Assembly (NCBI GenBank): GCA_022837245.1
Contig: JALHHX010000004.1
Location: 1-51,910 of the forward strand
DNA: 51,910 nucleotides
Reading direction: 5' to 3'
From: Lentisphaerota bacterium
GTDB lineage: Bacteria > Verrucomicrobiota > Kiritimatiellia > RFP12 > UBA3636
In this document: positions 43,289 through 51,910 of the stretch, in pieces
How the letters are laid out: every line of letters starts with the position of its first letter
How positions within the stretch are numbered: position 1 is the first letter of the stretch
Notes under the pieces: generated by a model
Databases searched by the model: none
What the model saw: only the letters and a program-made list of their open reading frames with translations
What the model was told of the DNA's origin: nothing
Made by a program: the position numbers and the translations under genes

Positions 43289-44073
43289 AACAGCGGAATG
43301 AGGATGGAGGCTATTGTTTTATGGAGATTGCCATTGGTCCCGAGATAGCCCATTTTGCCGCCGTTGAATTCTTTCATGATTTCTCCTTGCCCACCTGCGC
43401 GGCGCAGTATGAGGTCTGCGGCGGCTATGTCCCAGATGTATATGCCGGGCTCGAAATATCCGTCCGAAGCGCCGGCGGCGACGAGGCAGACGTCGAGCGC
43501 GGCGGCGCCGCACACGCGGACGCGCTGCACGGAACCGGCTATGGCGCTGAAGAAACGGAATGCGTGAAGCGATTCGTCATCGGATTTATCGGCACCGGTG
43601 TGAACCATGGCGAGTCCTATGTCGCGGGTTTTCGACACGTGGATTGGCTTGCCGTTGCAGAGTGCGGGGCCGTCGGCGGAAGCTTGGAAAAGCATGCCGA
43701 CGTCCGGCGCGCTGACGCAACCAGCCAAGGTCTGTCCATTGAGGCGGACGGCAACAGACGAGCACCAGTGCGGGTTGCTGTGGAAGAAGTTGACGGTACC
43801 GTCGATGGGATCGACAACCCATTCGTACTGTCCGGGGGCCGGAGCGCGGTTTTTAGAAGCATCCTCCTCGCCGAGTATGAAGTGGTCTGGGAAGGCGTCG
43901 AGAATTGTGCGGGAGATAATTGCCTGACATTCAACGTCTAGCTTGAGCTTGACATCGTGGGACGTGATGTCGTTCGCATCCTGGTTGCGCCCGCGTTGCG
44001 CGGCGGCGTGGTTCGAGCCGGCCGTGGCGGCGGCGATTGCGGTTTCGAGGAGTTTGCTGGTGGCGGGTGTCAC
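43285..44073 (-). CDS. Inositol monophosphatase family protein (SuhB/CysQ-like)
   Basis: Motifs ILGEE, WVVDPIDGTVNF and a C-terminal WDIAA. ATGA overlap with ogt. Confidence 0.9.
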   Translation of the reverse strand: MTPATSKLLETAIAAATAGSNHAAAQRGRNQDANDITSHDVKLKLDVECQAIISRTILDAFPDHFILGEEDASKNRAPAPGQYEWVVDPIDGTVNFFHSNPHWCSSVAVRLNGQTLAGCVSAPDVGMLFQASADGPALCNGKPIHVSKTRDIGLAMVHTGADKSDDESLHAFRFFSAIAGSVQRVRVCGAAALDVCLVAAGASDGYFEPGIYIWDIAAADLILRRAGGQGEIMKEFNGGKMGYLGTNGNLHKTIASILIPLL

Positions 44074-44104
44074 GGATATGTGGTTGTTGGTTTAAGACCG
44101 CGGT

Positions 44105-44530
44105 TCACGGCTTGTAGCCGGATGGCGCGGGGCGCAGGTTGATTGACTTGACGATGGTCTCGCCGTGGTGTTCGTTGATGCGCCTGATCATCTTTGGCAG
44201 GGAGCTGCGTCTGAGTTCGGCAAGCCATGCGGAACCCATTACGTAAACGGTCAGGTTGCCTTTGTCGAGATTGCCCGGGATGGTGTGTTTGGCCAAGTCG
44301 GGCCCGACGATTTTGATCCATTCGCTTTGTATCAGGATTTCGTGCGCGGAAGTTTTGATGCCGAACTTTTCCATGCGCTTCAACGCCTTCTCCACCCCTT
44401 TGGATGCGGGCTCGGGTTCCTTGAACGGTGGTTGCGGCAACGGATCGGCAAGCTGGCTGCGATCTTTCTCCACGAGCCAGCGCGTGTAGTCGAAATCCTT
44501 TGGGAGAGCGCGCCTGATATATCCAGCCAT
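44105..44530 (-). CDS. DUF721 (DciA-like) domain protein
   Basis: C-terminal pattern W..IVGP.LA.HT.P..L..G.L.V.V.....A.EL typical of DUF721. The ATG at 44530 was chosen because it avoids overlap with the upstream gene. Confidence 0.7.
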   Translation of the reverse strand: MAGYIRRALPKDFDYTRWLVEKDRSQLADPLPQPPFKEPEPASKGVEKALKRMEKFGIKTSAHEILIQSEWIKIVGPDLAKHTIPGNLDKGNLTVYVMGSAWLAELRRSSLPKMIRRINEHHGETIVKSINLRPAPSGYKP

Positions 44531-44547
44531 GTGGTTCCGCGAAACGA

Positions 44548-45339
44548 TTATATCCCGCCGCGCCGCTGTGAAAACAGCCAGTCGAGGTTCTTGTCGTTGT
44601 CGTACGCTGCTGTCCACACGTTATGTCCTTCGCCGCGGCGTTCCTCGAATTTCATCTTCGTGCCGCCCGCCTTTTTTATAGCGTGGTACATGCTGCTGGT
44701 GCGCATGACTGGGACGGAGGTGTCTTCGGTGCCGTGTATGGCGAGGATGGGGATGGAGACCAGGCGTGATGCCAGATTTGAGTCGCCGCCGCCGCAGATC
44801 GGGAAGGCGGCCGCGAACTTCTCGGGGAAGCGCTGCAGCAGATCCCAAGTGCCAAAGCCGCCCATGGAAATCCCGGAAACATAGAGGCGTGATTCATCCA
44901 CGGGGTTTGCGGCGATTTCCTTGCGGAGGATTTCAATAACCGCCTGCAGGGCCTTGGAAGGCTTTTCGGACATCGTGTGCGAAGTGTCGCCGAAGGGGGT
45001 GTTGACCCACTGCATTCCGTTCGGACACTGCGGGGCGATGACAATCGCGGGGTGTTTGCCGTCGATGATATAGCGCAGAAGCGACGGCACGCAGTGCAAT
45101 AGCTGCGAGGAGTTGTTGTTGCCGCGCTCTCCGGCGCCGTGCAGGAACAGGATCAGGGGGATTTTCTGTTTCCGGTCCCCTTCGGACTCGTAGAAACGGT
45201 ATGGTATTTTCTGCCCGTCAGAGGACGTGAAGGTTTTGGCGCGCATTATATCGGACGGAAGCATTGCTCCGTTCGCACAGGCGTTGGCCACGGCTGTGGC
45301 AGCACATACTACGTCTGGCTGTTTCTTGTTTTCATTCAT
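44548..45339 (-). CDS. Alpha/beta-hydrolase (carboxylesterase / CE1-like, dienelactone-hydrolase fold)
   Basis: LILFLHGAGERG, nucleophile elbow GISMGGFG, and HGTEDTSVP. The ATG at 45339 has AGGAG 8 nt upstream. The listed ORF start at 45360 is a TTG. Confidence 0.8.
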   Translation of the reverse strand: MNENKKQPDVVCAATAVANACANGAMLPSDIMRAKTFTSSDGQKIPYRFYESEGDRKQKIPLILFLHGAGERGNNNSSQLLHCVPSLLRYIIDGKHPAIVIAPQCPNGMQWVNTPFGDTSHTMSEKPSKALQAVIEILRKEIAANPVDESRLYVSGISMGGFGTWDLLQRFPEKFAAAFPICGGGDSNLASRLVSIPILAIHGTEDTSVPVMRTSSMYHAIKKAGGTKMKFEERRGEGHNVWTAAYDNDKNLDWLFSQRRGGI

Positions 45340-45411
45340 TTTTCCACTCCTGATCTTCAAATCTGGGTCTTTTTGATCTCCTATGATTTAATTTTTTGTT
45401 TTGGTTAAAAG

Positions 45412-46452
45412 TCATGCGAATCTCGTAATGCCGCTGCCTTCCTGAATCTCGCCGACCACCATTGGCTGGGCTTTGGCTTTTTCGAGCGCGTTGAGGGCGG
45501 TGGCGCTGTCTTTGCGGGACACGCAGATTACGTAGCCGACGCCCATGTTAAATACTTTGTACATCTCCTCTGTTTCGACACCGCCGTTTTCCTGCAGCCA
45601 CTTGAAGAGCCGCGGCACCTTCCATGAGGAGCGGTCAAACACCGCGTCCACGCCTTTGGGAAGCATGCGCGGGGTGTTGTCTATGAGGCCGCCGCCCGTG
45701 ATGTGCGCCATGCCTTTGATTTTTGCGCCCGATTCGCGCACGGCAAGCACTGGCTTGAGGAAACTAGAATGGATGGCTAGGAGCGCGCGGCCGAACGTCT
45801 GCTTAGTTCCGGGCACCACGTCGTCGATGGTCTTCTTGGCTTTTTCAAATACGATTTTCCGCGCGAGTGAATACCCGTTGGTCTGGAGACCCGTGGAGGG
45901 GAGCCCGATGAGGATGTCGCCAGGGCGGATTGAATCGCCGGCGACGTAGTCCTTCTTTGAGACGACGCCCACGATCGTGCCCACGAGGTCGTATTCGCCT
46001 TCGGGGTAGAGCCCGGGCATTTCGGCGGTTTCGCCGCCAATGAGGGCGCAGCCGTTTTCGCGGCACGCCTTGCAGAGACCCTTAACGACGTCGGCGAAGA
46101 TTTTTGGCGACAGGTGCGCAGTGCCGATATAGTCCAGGAAGAAGAGAGGCGTCGCGCCTTGGGTCAATATATCGTTGACACAATGGTTGACGAGACATTG
46201 GCCGACCGTGTCGTGCTTGCCCGCCATGTGGGCGACCTTGAGCTTCGTGCCCACGCCGTCGGTGGAGCCGACGAGTATCTTGTCTCGCCCCGGCGACCTG
46301 ACGAGGCCACCGAAGCGGCCGATGTCGCTCAGAACGTCGGGCGTGCGTGTGGACGACACGGATTTTTTGATCGACGCGATCATGCGCGTCTTTTCATCGA
46401 TATCCACGCCGGCTTCGGCGTATGCGGATTTTTTTGCGGGGTCTTTGTTCAT
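45412..46452 (-). CDS. purM: Phosphoribosylformylglycinamidine cyclo-ligase (AIR synthetase)
   Basis: SAYAEAGVDIDE N-terminus, DGVGTK, and GGETAEMPG. The ATG at 46452 gives the same N-terminal spacing as E. coli PurM. The listed start at 46473 is a TTG overlapping ruvA. Confidence 0.9.
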   Translation of the reverse strand: MNKDPAKKSAYAEAGVDIDEKTRMIASIKKSVSSTRTPDVLSDIGRFGGLVRSPGRDKILVGSTDGVGTKLKVAHMAGKHDTVGQCLVNHCVNDILTQGATPLFFLDYIGTAHLSPKIFADVVKGLCKACRENGCALIGGETAEMPGLYPEGEYDLVGTIVGVVSKKDYVAGDSIRPGDILIGLPSTGLQTNGYSLARKIVFEKAKKTIDDVVPGTKQTFGRALLAIHSSFLKPVLAVRESGAKIKGMAHITGGGLIDNTPRMLPKGVDAVFDRSSWKVPRLFKWLQENGGVETEEMYKVFNMGVGYVICVSRKDSATALNALEKAKAQPMVVGEIQEGSGITRFA

Positions 46453-46459
46453 GCGGTTG

Positions 46460-47047
46460 CTATCTTGATGCAAGTGCTTGTTTTATTATTTCCTCCGTTG
46501 TTTCAGGAGGGTTTGATGATTGTGAAATGGCGTGGACTAACCTGACCGCGGCTTCCTGGGTGTTGCCGAGAGCGGTGAGGGCGAGAACGGCATCGCGGTA
46601 CTTGTCGCCAAGCGGCGGAGAGTCGTCGGCGGCCATCGTCTCAAGCGGGTCTATTTTGTCGTGCAGTTCGAGGACAATGCGCTCAGCCGTCTTCTTTCCG
46701 ATGCCCGGGAGTTTTGAGAGGCGCTTTGAATCTCGGTCCGCGATGCAGCGGCGCAATTCCCTCACGCTCATGGAGCTGATGGCGCCTAGCGCCGTTTTGG
46801 GGCCGATGCCCGAAACGCCCTGTATCAGGCGGAAGAAGTCGCGTTCCCGTTTCGCGGCGAATCCGTAGAGCACGTGGGCGTCCTCGCGGACGTAGTCGTG
46901 AATCAGCAAGTGGACGCGGCCGCCTTCGGGCGGGAGCACGTCGTAGGTGCTGAGCGGGATTATGACCTCGTAGCCGACGCCGTTGACGTTAACCACCACG
47001 CAGGCAGGCGTCTTTTCGTGGATCATGCCTTCGAGAAAGTCGATCAT
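46460..47047 (-). CDS. ruvA: Holliday junction branch-migration complex subunit RuvA
   Basis: MIDFLEGMI...VNVNGVGYEV, two HhH motifs (GVSGIGPKTA and LPGIGKKTAERI), and a C-terminal domain III. Confidence 0.92.
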   Translation of the reverse strand: MIDFLEGMIHEKTPACVVVNVNGVGYEVIIPLSTYDVLPPEGGRVHLLIHDYVREDAHVLYGFAAKRERDFFRLIQGVSGIGPKTALGAISSMSVRELRRCIADRDSKRLSKLPGIGKKTAERIVLELHDKIDPLETMAADDSPPLGDKYRDAVLALTALGNTQEAAVRLVHAISQSSNPPETTEEIIKQALASR

Positions 47048-47054
47048 CCGTCTT

Positions 47055-48035
47055 TCACTCCACTATGGAGACGGGAGTGCCGCGCGGCAACAGCATGAAA
47101 ACCTCTTCCACGTCTGGATTCCTCATCCTGACGCATCCCGCGCTTGACTGCTTGCCGATCGTGGAGTCGTCCCATGTGCCGTGAATGCCATAGCCGCTCA
47201 CCCGCGGCGTGTCGCCCGTGGCCTCGATCGCGAGCCAGCGTGTGCCAAGGATGTTTTTGGGGTCGCCATAGGGGACCGGAGCCTTGCCGCCTTCCGGCCA
47301 CCAGGGGGGCTCGGAGATTTTCTTCACTATTTTGAATGTCCCGACCGGCGTTTTGGAATACATGCCAGTGCCGACCGAGTAGTTCTTGAAGAAAACGCCG
47401 TCAAGCAGCAACGTTAGCGTGTTGGATGCCTTGGATACGACAACGGAGAACTTCGGATTGTCAGGGAACACAAGCTTGCTTCCAACCCGGATTTTCGCCG
47501 GATCCTTTATTTTGTTGGCCTTGCTGATAAGTTCGACGGGGCATTCATAGCGCGAGGCTATGGCCGAAAGGCTGTCACCGGATTTGACAATGTACTCTAC
47601 TTTGCCCTTCATCGGACGGGGCGTCGTGAACAGCTCTATGCTGAGCGAACCAATTTCCCTCTCGATTTCCGGGCGCGTCGCGGCGTCCACGCGCGCGAGT
47701 ATGGACAGGTATTTATTTCGCGACCCTTCGAGATCGCCCGCCGTCTTCATTCCGCGCGCCTCGGCGATGGCGGCGGCGGCGTCGGCCTTTGAAATGGGTT
47801 TGTCCGGAACGGGGACAACTGCCGCGATAGCGGGCGGGGCAGTTAGATCGGCGGCCTGTGCCCCCGTTGCGGCGACGTCCTCTTCAACAGCAGCGGGCTC
47901 CTCTTTGTGTTTCTGGCCGGAGTCACCGGAGAAAATGGCGACGCCGACGCCTATCACCAGGATGGCGACTACGATTACTGGCAGCCATGGAAATCTTCTG
48001 GGGCGGTAGTATTCCTCGATATCGTACATTTGCAT
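47055..48035 (-). CDS. LysM-domain L,D-transpeptidase (YkuD family), membrane-anchored
   Basis: TM helix WLPVIVVAILVIGVGVAIF. LysM YIVKSGDSLSAIASRY...GSKLVFP. YkuD catalytic GIHGT....G...SAGCVRM. Confidence 0.85.
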   Translation of the reverse strand: MQMYDIEEYYRPRRFPWLPVIVVAILVIGVGVAIFSGDSGQKHKEEPAAVEEDVAATGAQAADLTAPPAIAAVVPVPDKPISKADAAAAIAEARGMKTAGDLEGSRNKYLSILARVDAATRPEIEREIGSLSIELFTTPRPMKGKVEYIVKSGDSLSAIASRYECPVELISKANKIKDPAKIRVGSKLVFPDNPKFSVVVSKASNTLTLLLDGVFFKNYSVGTGMYSKTPVGTFKIVKKISEPPWWPEGGKAPVPYGDPKNILGTRWLAIEATGDTPRVSGYGIHGTWDDSTIGKQSSAGCVRMRNPDVEEVFMLLPRGTPVSIVE

Positions 48036-48089
48036 GTTGAATCCTTTCGTAAGGATGCCATGGAGTATAGCATAATCACGGCAGGTTTA

Positions 48090-49046
48090 TCAAACATTAA
48101 CGGAGCGGGCGTCGCCCAGGTAAGTTATCGGCCCCAGTTTAAGCACCCTGTATTTTTCCAACGGGATGCGCTTGAGTTCGTCCGGCGATAAAATTCCATC
48201 CCATGTCCAGCCGGGATGTCCGTACAGCCCCTCTGTATAAACCGCGTTGCCACGTGCGTTGTCCACATTGACCATCCCATATCTCTGCATGGCGCGCGAC
48301 AGCGTCCTAGCGGCGGGAGAGAGATCGTATTTTGAGAGATCAAGCTCTGGATCGAGTTGCATCACTGCTCCTTCGGGGAGTCCGCCGTCTTCAAAACCAT
48401 CCGTCCATATGGCCGGCGCTGTGAATTGCTGGAATGCGTTATGCCACGTCGCCATGGCGATCTTATGGCGTATCTCTCCCGAAAGTATCTCGTCCCGCAT
48501 CGCAAGACCAGCCACTATAGGCACGCCCGCAGCCCTGCTTGGACCGTAGAAATGTATGCTCTCGCCGTTTTTGACCGGGAAATCCTCAGTCTTCCAAACG
48601 CCGGGGCCGTCGGCCGCGTAGACCATGCCGGTTCGCGACTCCCATTCGCCGTCCGGACGGATGCGCGCGGCCCACATGTCCCAAACCAGATTGCGCGACC
48701 AATCGACCACCGCCAAATGGGCGTCAGTTCCCGGGTCTGGTATGGCGTTATCAGGTATCGGCACTTCCTTCCCAAACCCCGGGCCGTGGCTCCAATATTT
48801 GTCGCGAGGCGCCCAGCGGCCAGGTTTCCACGAAGGCTCCATCTCCCGTTGATGAACCGTGCGTAGTGGCGTGTATTCATCAACTTCATACACTGGCATC
48901 GCATATTCGTTGCAGTTTATCCAGAACGCTCCGCCAGGCTCCACTGCCAGCCGCTCCAAAAAGTCGTCGCTTCTCTCATCTGCCACGGCGTCCGCCGCAA
49001 TTGGTTGATTCCAAAAACTATCCTCCGAAAAAAAACATCTAGCCAT
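48090..49046 (-). CDS. Hypothetical cytoplasmic protein
   Basis: 318-aa ORF with protein-like composition and Trp-rich conserved-looking blocks (SFWNQPI, DAHLAVVDWSRNLVWDMW). I recognise no family. Confidence 0.6.
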   Translation of the reverse strand: MARCFFSEDSFWNQPIAADAVADERSDDFLERLAVEPGGAFWINCNEYAMPVYEVDEYTPLRTVHQREMEPSWKPGRWAPRDKYWSHGPGFGKEVPIPDNAIPDPGTDAHLAVVDWSRNLVWDMWAARIRPDGEWESRTGMVYAADGPGVWKTEDFPVKNGESIHFYGPSRAAGVPIVAGLAMRDEILSGEIRHKIAMATWHNAFQQFTAPAIWTDGFEDGGLPEGAVMQLDPELDLSKYDLSPAARTLSRAMQRYGMVNVDNARGNAVYTEGLYGHPGWTWDGILSPDELKRIPLEKYRVLKLGPITYLGDARSVNV

Positions 49047-49247
49047 TATGTTCTTGTCTCTCTTTTAATGTTATTTTTAAATAAGCCCCAAACGCCCCTA
49101 GCCGTTAGCTTGGACAGGCACTGAAAAAGCGCGCCGTTGCTTGAACCGCCCAACCTGTTGCATTATAGTCGCGAAGCACACCAAAAGTCAACAAAACGCG
49201 CCTTTTTGCGCTTCACGCCTTTAGACTAATTGTGCTAATATTTGGTC

Positions 49248-51183
49248 ATGGCAACGCGACACGAAGATATCTCTCTGCACCATGCACTGGTGGATATCAG
49301 GGACAGCGTCGAATCTCTGTATGATTCGCTGTCGCTGGATTCCGTCGCGGATCTGAATGGCTTTAAGAATGTCATAGATTCGAAGCTGCTCGCGCGGACC
49401 TCTCCCGACTACCCGCTGGTGGTGTCTATCGCCGGAGGCGGCAGCACTGGCAAATCCACGCTGTTCAATGCCATGACAGGTGCCGCCTACAGCATCGCCA
49501 AAGCGCGAGCTGGCCTCACCCGCCGAACTCTCGCTGCAATCCACCCAGACGTGCTGCACCGGGAAGGCTTCCTCGAAAACCTCTTTTTCGCCATTCAGCG
49601 AAGTTCCCACACAGCTTAAATCGCAATCCGAATTAACTGAGCCAGGTTCGCCTCGTTTTATCGAATGCGCCGCCATCCCGCCGAGCATAGTGCTGCTTGA
49701 CACACCGGATTTCGACACTGGCGACAGCATACGCCTATTCAACCGCGATGTGGCAAAGCCCGTTCTCGAGGCAAGCGACGTGCTCATCTACACGTTCACC
49801 GGCACCACATACAACAACCGCGCCAACACGCAGTTCCTCGGCGGCGTCCTGCGTGATCTCGGTTGCCGCAAGGTTGTTCTCGTGTACCGCTGCTACTCAA
49901 GCCTCCCCGAGGAAGAGGTCCGCGAACACGCAGGTGTCGTCCTCGAAAACATATATGGTCGCGACGGCGCGCAATGGTGCCTCGGCGTTTACCGAGTAGA
50001 CGAGGAGAACCTCGTCGCCGAAGGGAAAAAACCGGCGGATATACAACCGCTTTCCGGTGGACGTCCCATATATGAGGTGCTCGCCGGACTTTCGCCTCAG
50101 GATGTGCGGAGCGATTTTATCCGCGAGGCGCTACATGGCGTGCGAGAGGTCGCGGGGAAAGTCCACGACGCAGCGGAATCCGCCCGTCTTGAACTCTCGC
50201 TCTACACCACAGCCACGAAGATCGCCACAAGCTGGGCTGCCGCCGATGCCGTGCAGTCGTTCCCGCAAGCGGCGCTGCTCGACCGCTTTGCCGACATATG
50301 GCTAGACTCCAAACCGGTCTTTCTTAGCGCGCCAGTCAAGTTTACCAATTGGCTGAAGGCAAAACTCCGACCTGATACCCGCCGCGGCGACGCTATCGCT
50401 GTTGCCGAAGCGGTTTTCAAAAAGGACATCCTCGAAGCCGCCAATAAACTGCGCAACCAACTCGCGGCGGAAGGGTTCGCGGTCAAAACTTCGCTAAACG
50501 ACCAAGCCGGCAAGACAGCTGCAGAGGACGTTGCGCGGCTGGAAAGCCTTGGGGTATCGCCATCCGGACTCTTTGCCATAGACAAGACCCAAGGCGGCGT
50601 CAATCTGCGAGTGTCTAAACCCCGACAGTTTGGTACGCGTAAGATCGATTCGTGGGAGGCCCGTATTGGCGAAATCGAGGAGGACGCAAGCGGAGTGATG
50701 GAGGAGTCCGAGCAGTTCGACTCCCGTCTCCGCGCAATCGCTGTGGATTTTCGCGGGGGTTTGGGGTTCAAAGACAAAGTGAGAGAATCCGTAACCGGCG
50801 CACTGCCCGCCGTCACTGCCGTGGCCGCCGTTACCTGGGTAATAGGTACTGGTGGCACGGGCGCGGCAGGCGGAGGCATCATTGCGCACATCAGCGGCAT
50901 GTTCGGAATGAACGATCTCTTTGCTCTAGTGGCCCTGCCCGTCATACCAGGACTTGACAAGCTGAACCGCGCCACGCTCGCCAAACTCATGAAGCCCATA
51001 ATGGGCGCATGGCTAGACGAGAAAACCACGGCGGTACGGGTCATCCTCGAGAACAGAATCGCAAAACCCTCGCTCGACGCCGCAACCGAAACAATCGCTA
51101 AAATCGAACCGCATATCCGGAAGCTGGAAGCTGCACAAGAGATTTTGCCTGGTAAAGTTGCGGGGAAGGAGAATTCGAAATGA
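49248..51183 (+). pseudogene. Dynamin-like / HSR1-type membrane GTPase, split by a 1-nt frameshift at the T5 run 49584-49588
   Basis: Frame 3 carries G1 SIAGGGSTGKSTLFNAMTG. Frame 1 continues ...SPFSEVPTQL...IVLLDTPDFD (G3), a long helical region and a Gly/Ala-rich hydrophobic paddle (VTAVAAVTWVIGTGGTGAAGGGIIAHISGMFG). Changing T5 to T4 fuses them as ...ENLFSPFSEV... Confidence 0.7.
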
Positions 51184-51910
51184 AAGAGAAAGAAAGAGCC
51201 GACGCTGTCATTGCTTTCGAAACACAGCGCGAGGGCGTCTCCGCCCTGGGCCGCAGCCTTGACGCGCTACCGCATTGGCGCCCAGCAAAAGCGTTGCGTG
51301 TCGTCGTGACCGATTACGAAACGAGGCTCGCCTCCATGAAAGCTCGTTTCGATTCCAAGCCAGTTGTCTCCGTTGTAGGTCCTACTGGGTCAGGAAAATC
51401 CACACTCGCAAACGCGCTCGTGGGCGCCGACGATGCCGTTGTAGTTGGTACCAGCCGTCCAACTACACGTGGCGTTGCGATTGTTGCTCGCACCGTGACT
51501 GATGCAGCGCCTTTACTGAACCAGCTCTCAACCGAAAAGCCGGATCTAGTAACACTTCCAACAACAGCGCTCCCAGATGCGCTTCTGCTCGACACTCCGG
51601 ACACAGACAGCGCCGAATGCGAGCGGCACCGCCCATTGCTCGAGGAGGCCATGCGCACCTCCGACGCACTTGTATGCGTTTTCGATGCCTCAAACCCAAA
51701 GCGCCGCGACAACGTGGACGCGCTCAAGTCGTGGGTCGATTCTTTTTCCGGCGAATATGTGTTCATCGTGCTCAACCGCTGCGACCGCATCCGCGAAGCG
51801 GAGCTGCGGAACGACATCCTGCCCGACTTCCGCGCCTACATCGCCCAAGCCTGGACGCGGAAACCGGGCGAGATTTTCCTTGTATCCGCCAGGGGCGGAT
51901 TGGAAAACCC
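51180..51910 (+). CDS. Second dynamin-like GTPase, 5' part only (runs off the window)
   Basis: Not in the ORF track because it has no stop inside the window. The ATG at 51180 overlaps the upstream TGA (ATGA). It is open for 243 codons. G1 VVGPTGSGKSTLANALVG, G3 LLLDTPDTD, G4-like LNRCD. Confidence 0.7.
   Translation, partial: MKEKERADAVIAFETQREGVSALGRSLDALPHWRPAKALRVVVTDYETRLASMKARFDSKPVVSVVGPTGSGKSTLANALVGADDAVVVGTSRPTTRGVAIVARTVTDAAPLLNQLSTEKPDLVTLPTTALPDALLLDTPDTDSAECERHRPLLEEAMRTSDALVCVFDASNPKRRDNVDALKSWVDSFSGEYVFIVLNRCDRIREAELRNDILPDFRAYIAQAWTRKPGEIFLVSARGGLEN

Noticed and set aside
362-49588. Programmed ribosomal frameshifting at the four homopolymer sites
   Set aside because: The shifts go in both directions, -1 and +1. 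I saw no slippery heptamer with a downstream pseudoknot or stimulatory SD arrangement, and the affected gene families are not known to use recoding. Homopolymer miscalls explain all four more simply. This is kept as a finding only for verification.

Overview
High-GC (roughly 60%) bacterial chromosomal window, about 85% coding and mostly on the minus strand. Gene content (many secreted right-handed beta-helix proteins, ankyrin/MORN and TPR proteins, DUF-rich glycan-type operons) suggests a PVC-type organism (Verrucomicrobiota, Kiritimatiellota or Lentisphaerota-like). That assignment is inference only. Housekeeping genes I recognise: fadD-like acyl-CoA ligase, a heterodimeric ABC exporter pair, nadK, mrdA-rodA, aconitase, a THUMP RNA methyltransferase, ogt, an IMPase-family gene, purM, ruvA, a LysM/L,D-transpeptidase and tRNA-Gly(UCC). 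Accessory content worth attention: (1) at 31.2-41.5 kb, a co-oriented locus of three paralogous secreted beta-helix proteins (about 1404, 1122 and 179 aa) sharing a conserved signal peptide and an unclassified ultra-short C-terminal tail ending M-[MI]-[IL]-[VFI]-R, with a Cys-rich cytoplasmic protein embedded between them. (2) At 15.7-23.2 kb, a tightly packed six-gene cytoplasmic operon: GH172/DUF2961, FAD oxidoreductase, DUF4886, ADP-ribosylglycohydrolase fusion, URO-D-like protein and AraA-like isomerase. It has no transporter or regulator, and I read it as an uncharacterised furanoside/pentose pathway. (3) At the right edge, a translationally coupled pair of dynamin-like GTPases, the second truncated by the window. 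(4) At the left edge, a degraded IS element followed by unusual structured tandem repeats and long palindromes upstream of fadD. Four genes are interrupted by single-nucleotide frameshifts, and all four lie in homopolymer runs. This argues for sequencing or assembly error, or less likely phase variation, rather than true pseudogenisation. All functional calls come from motif recognition by eye. No database search was run.
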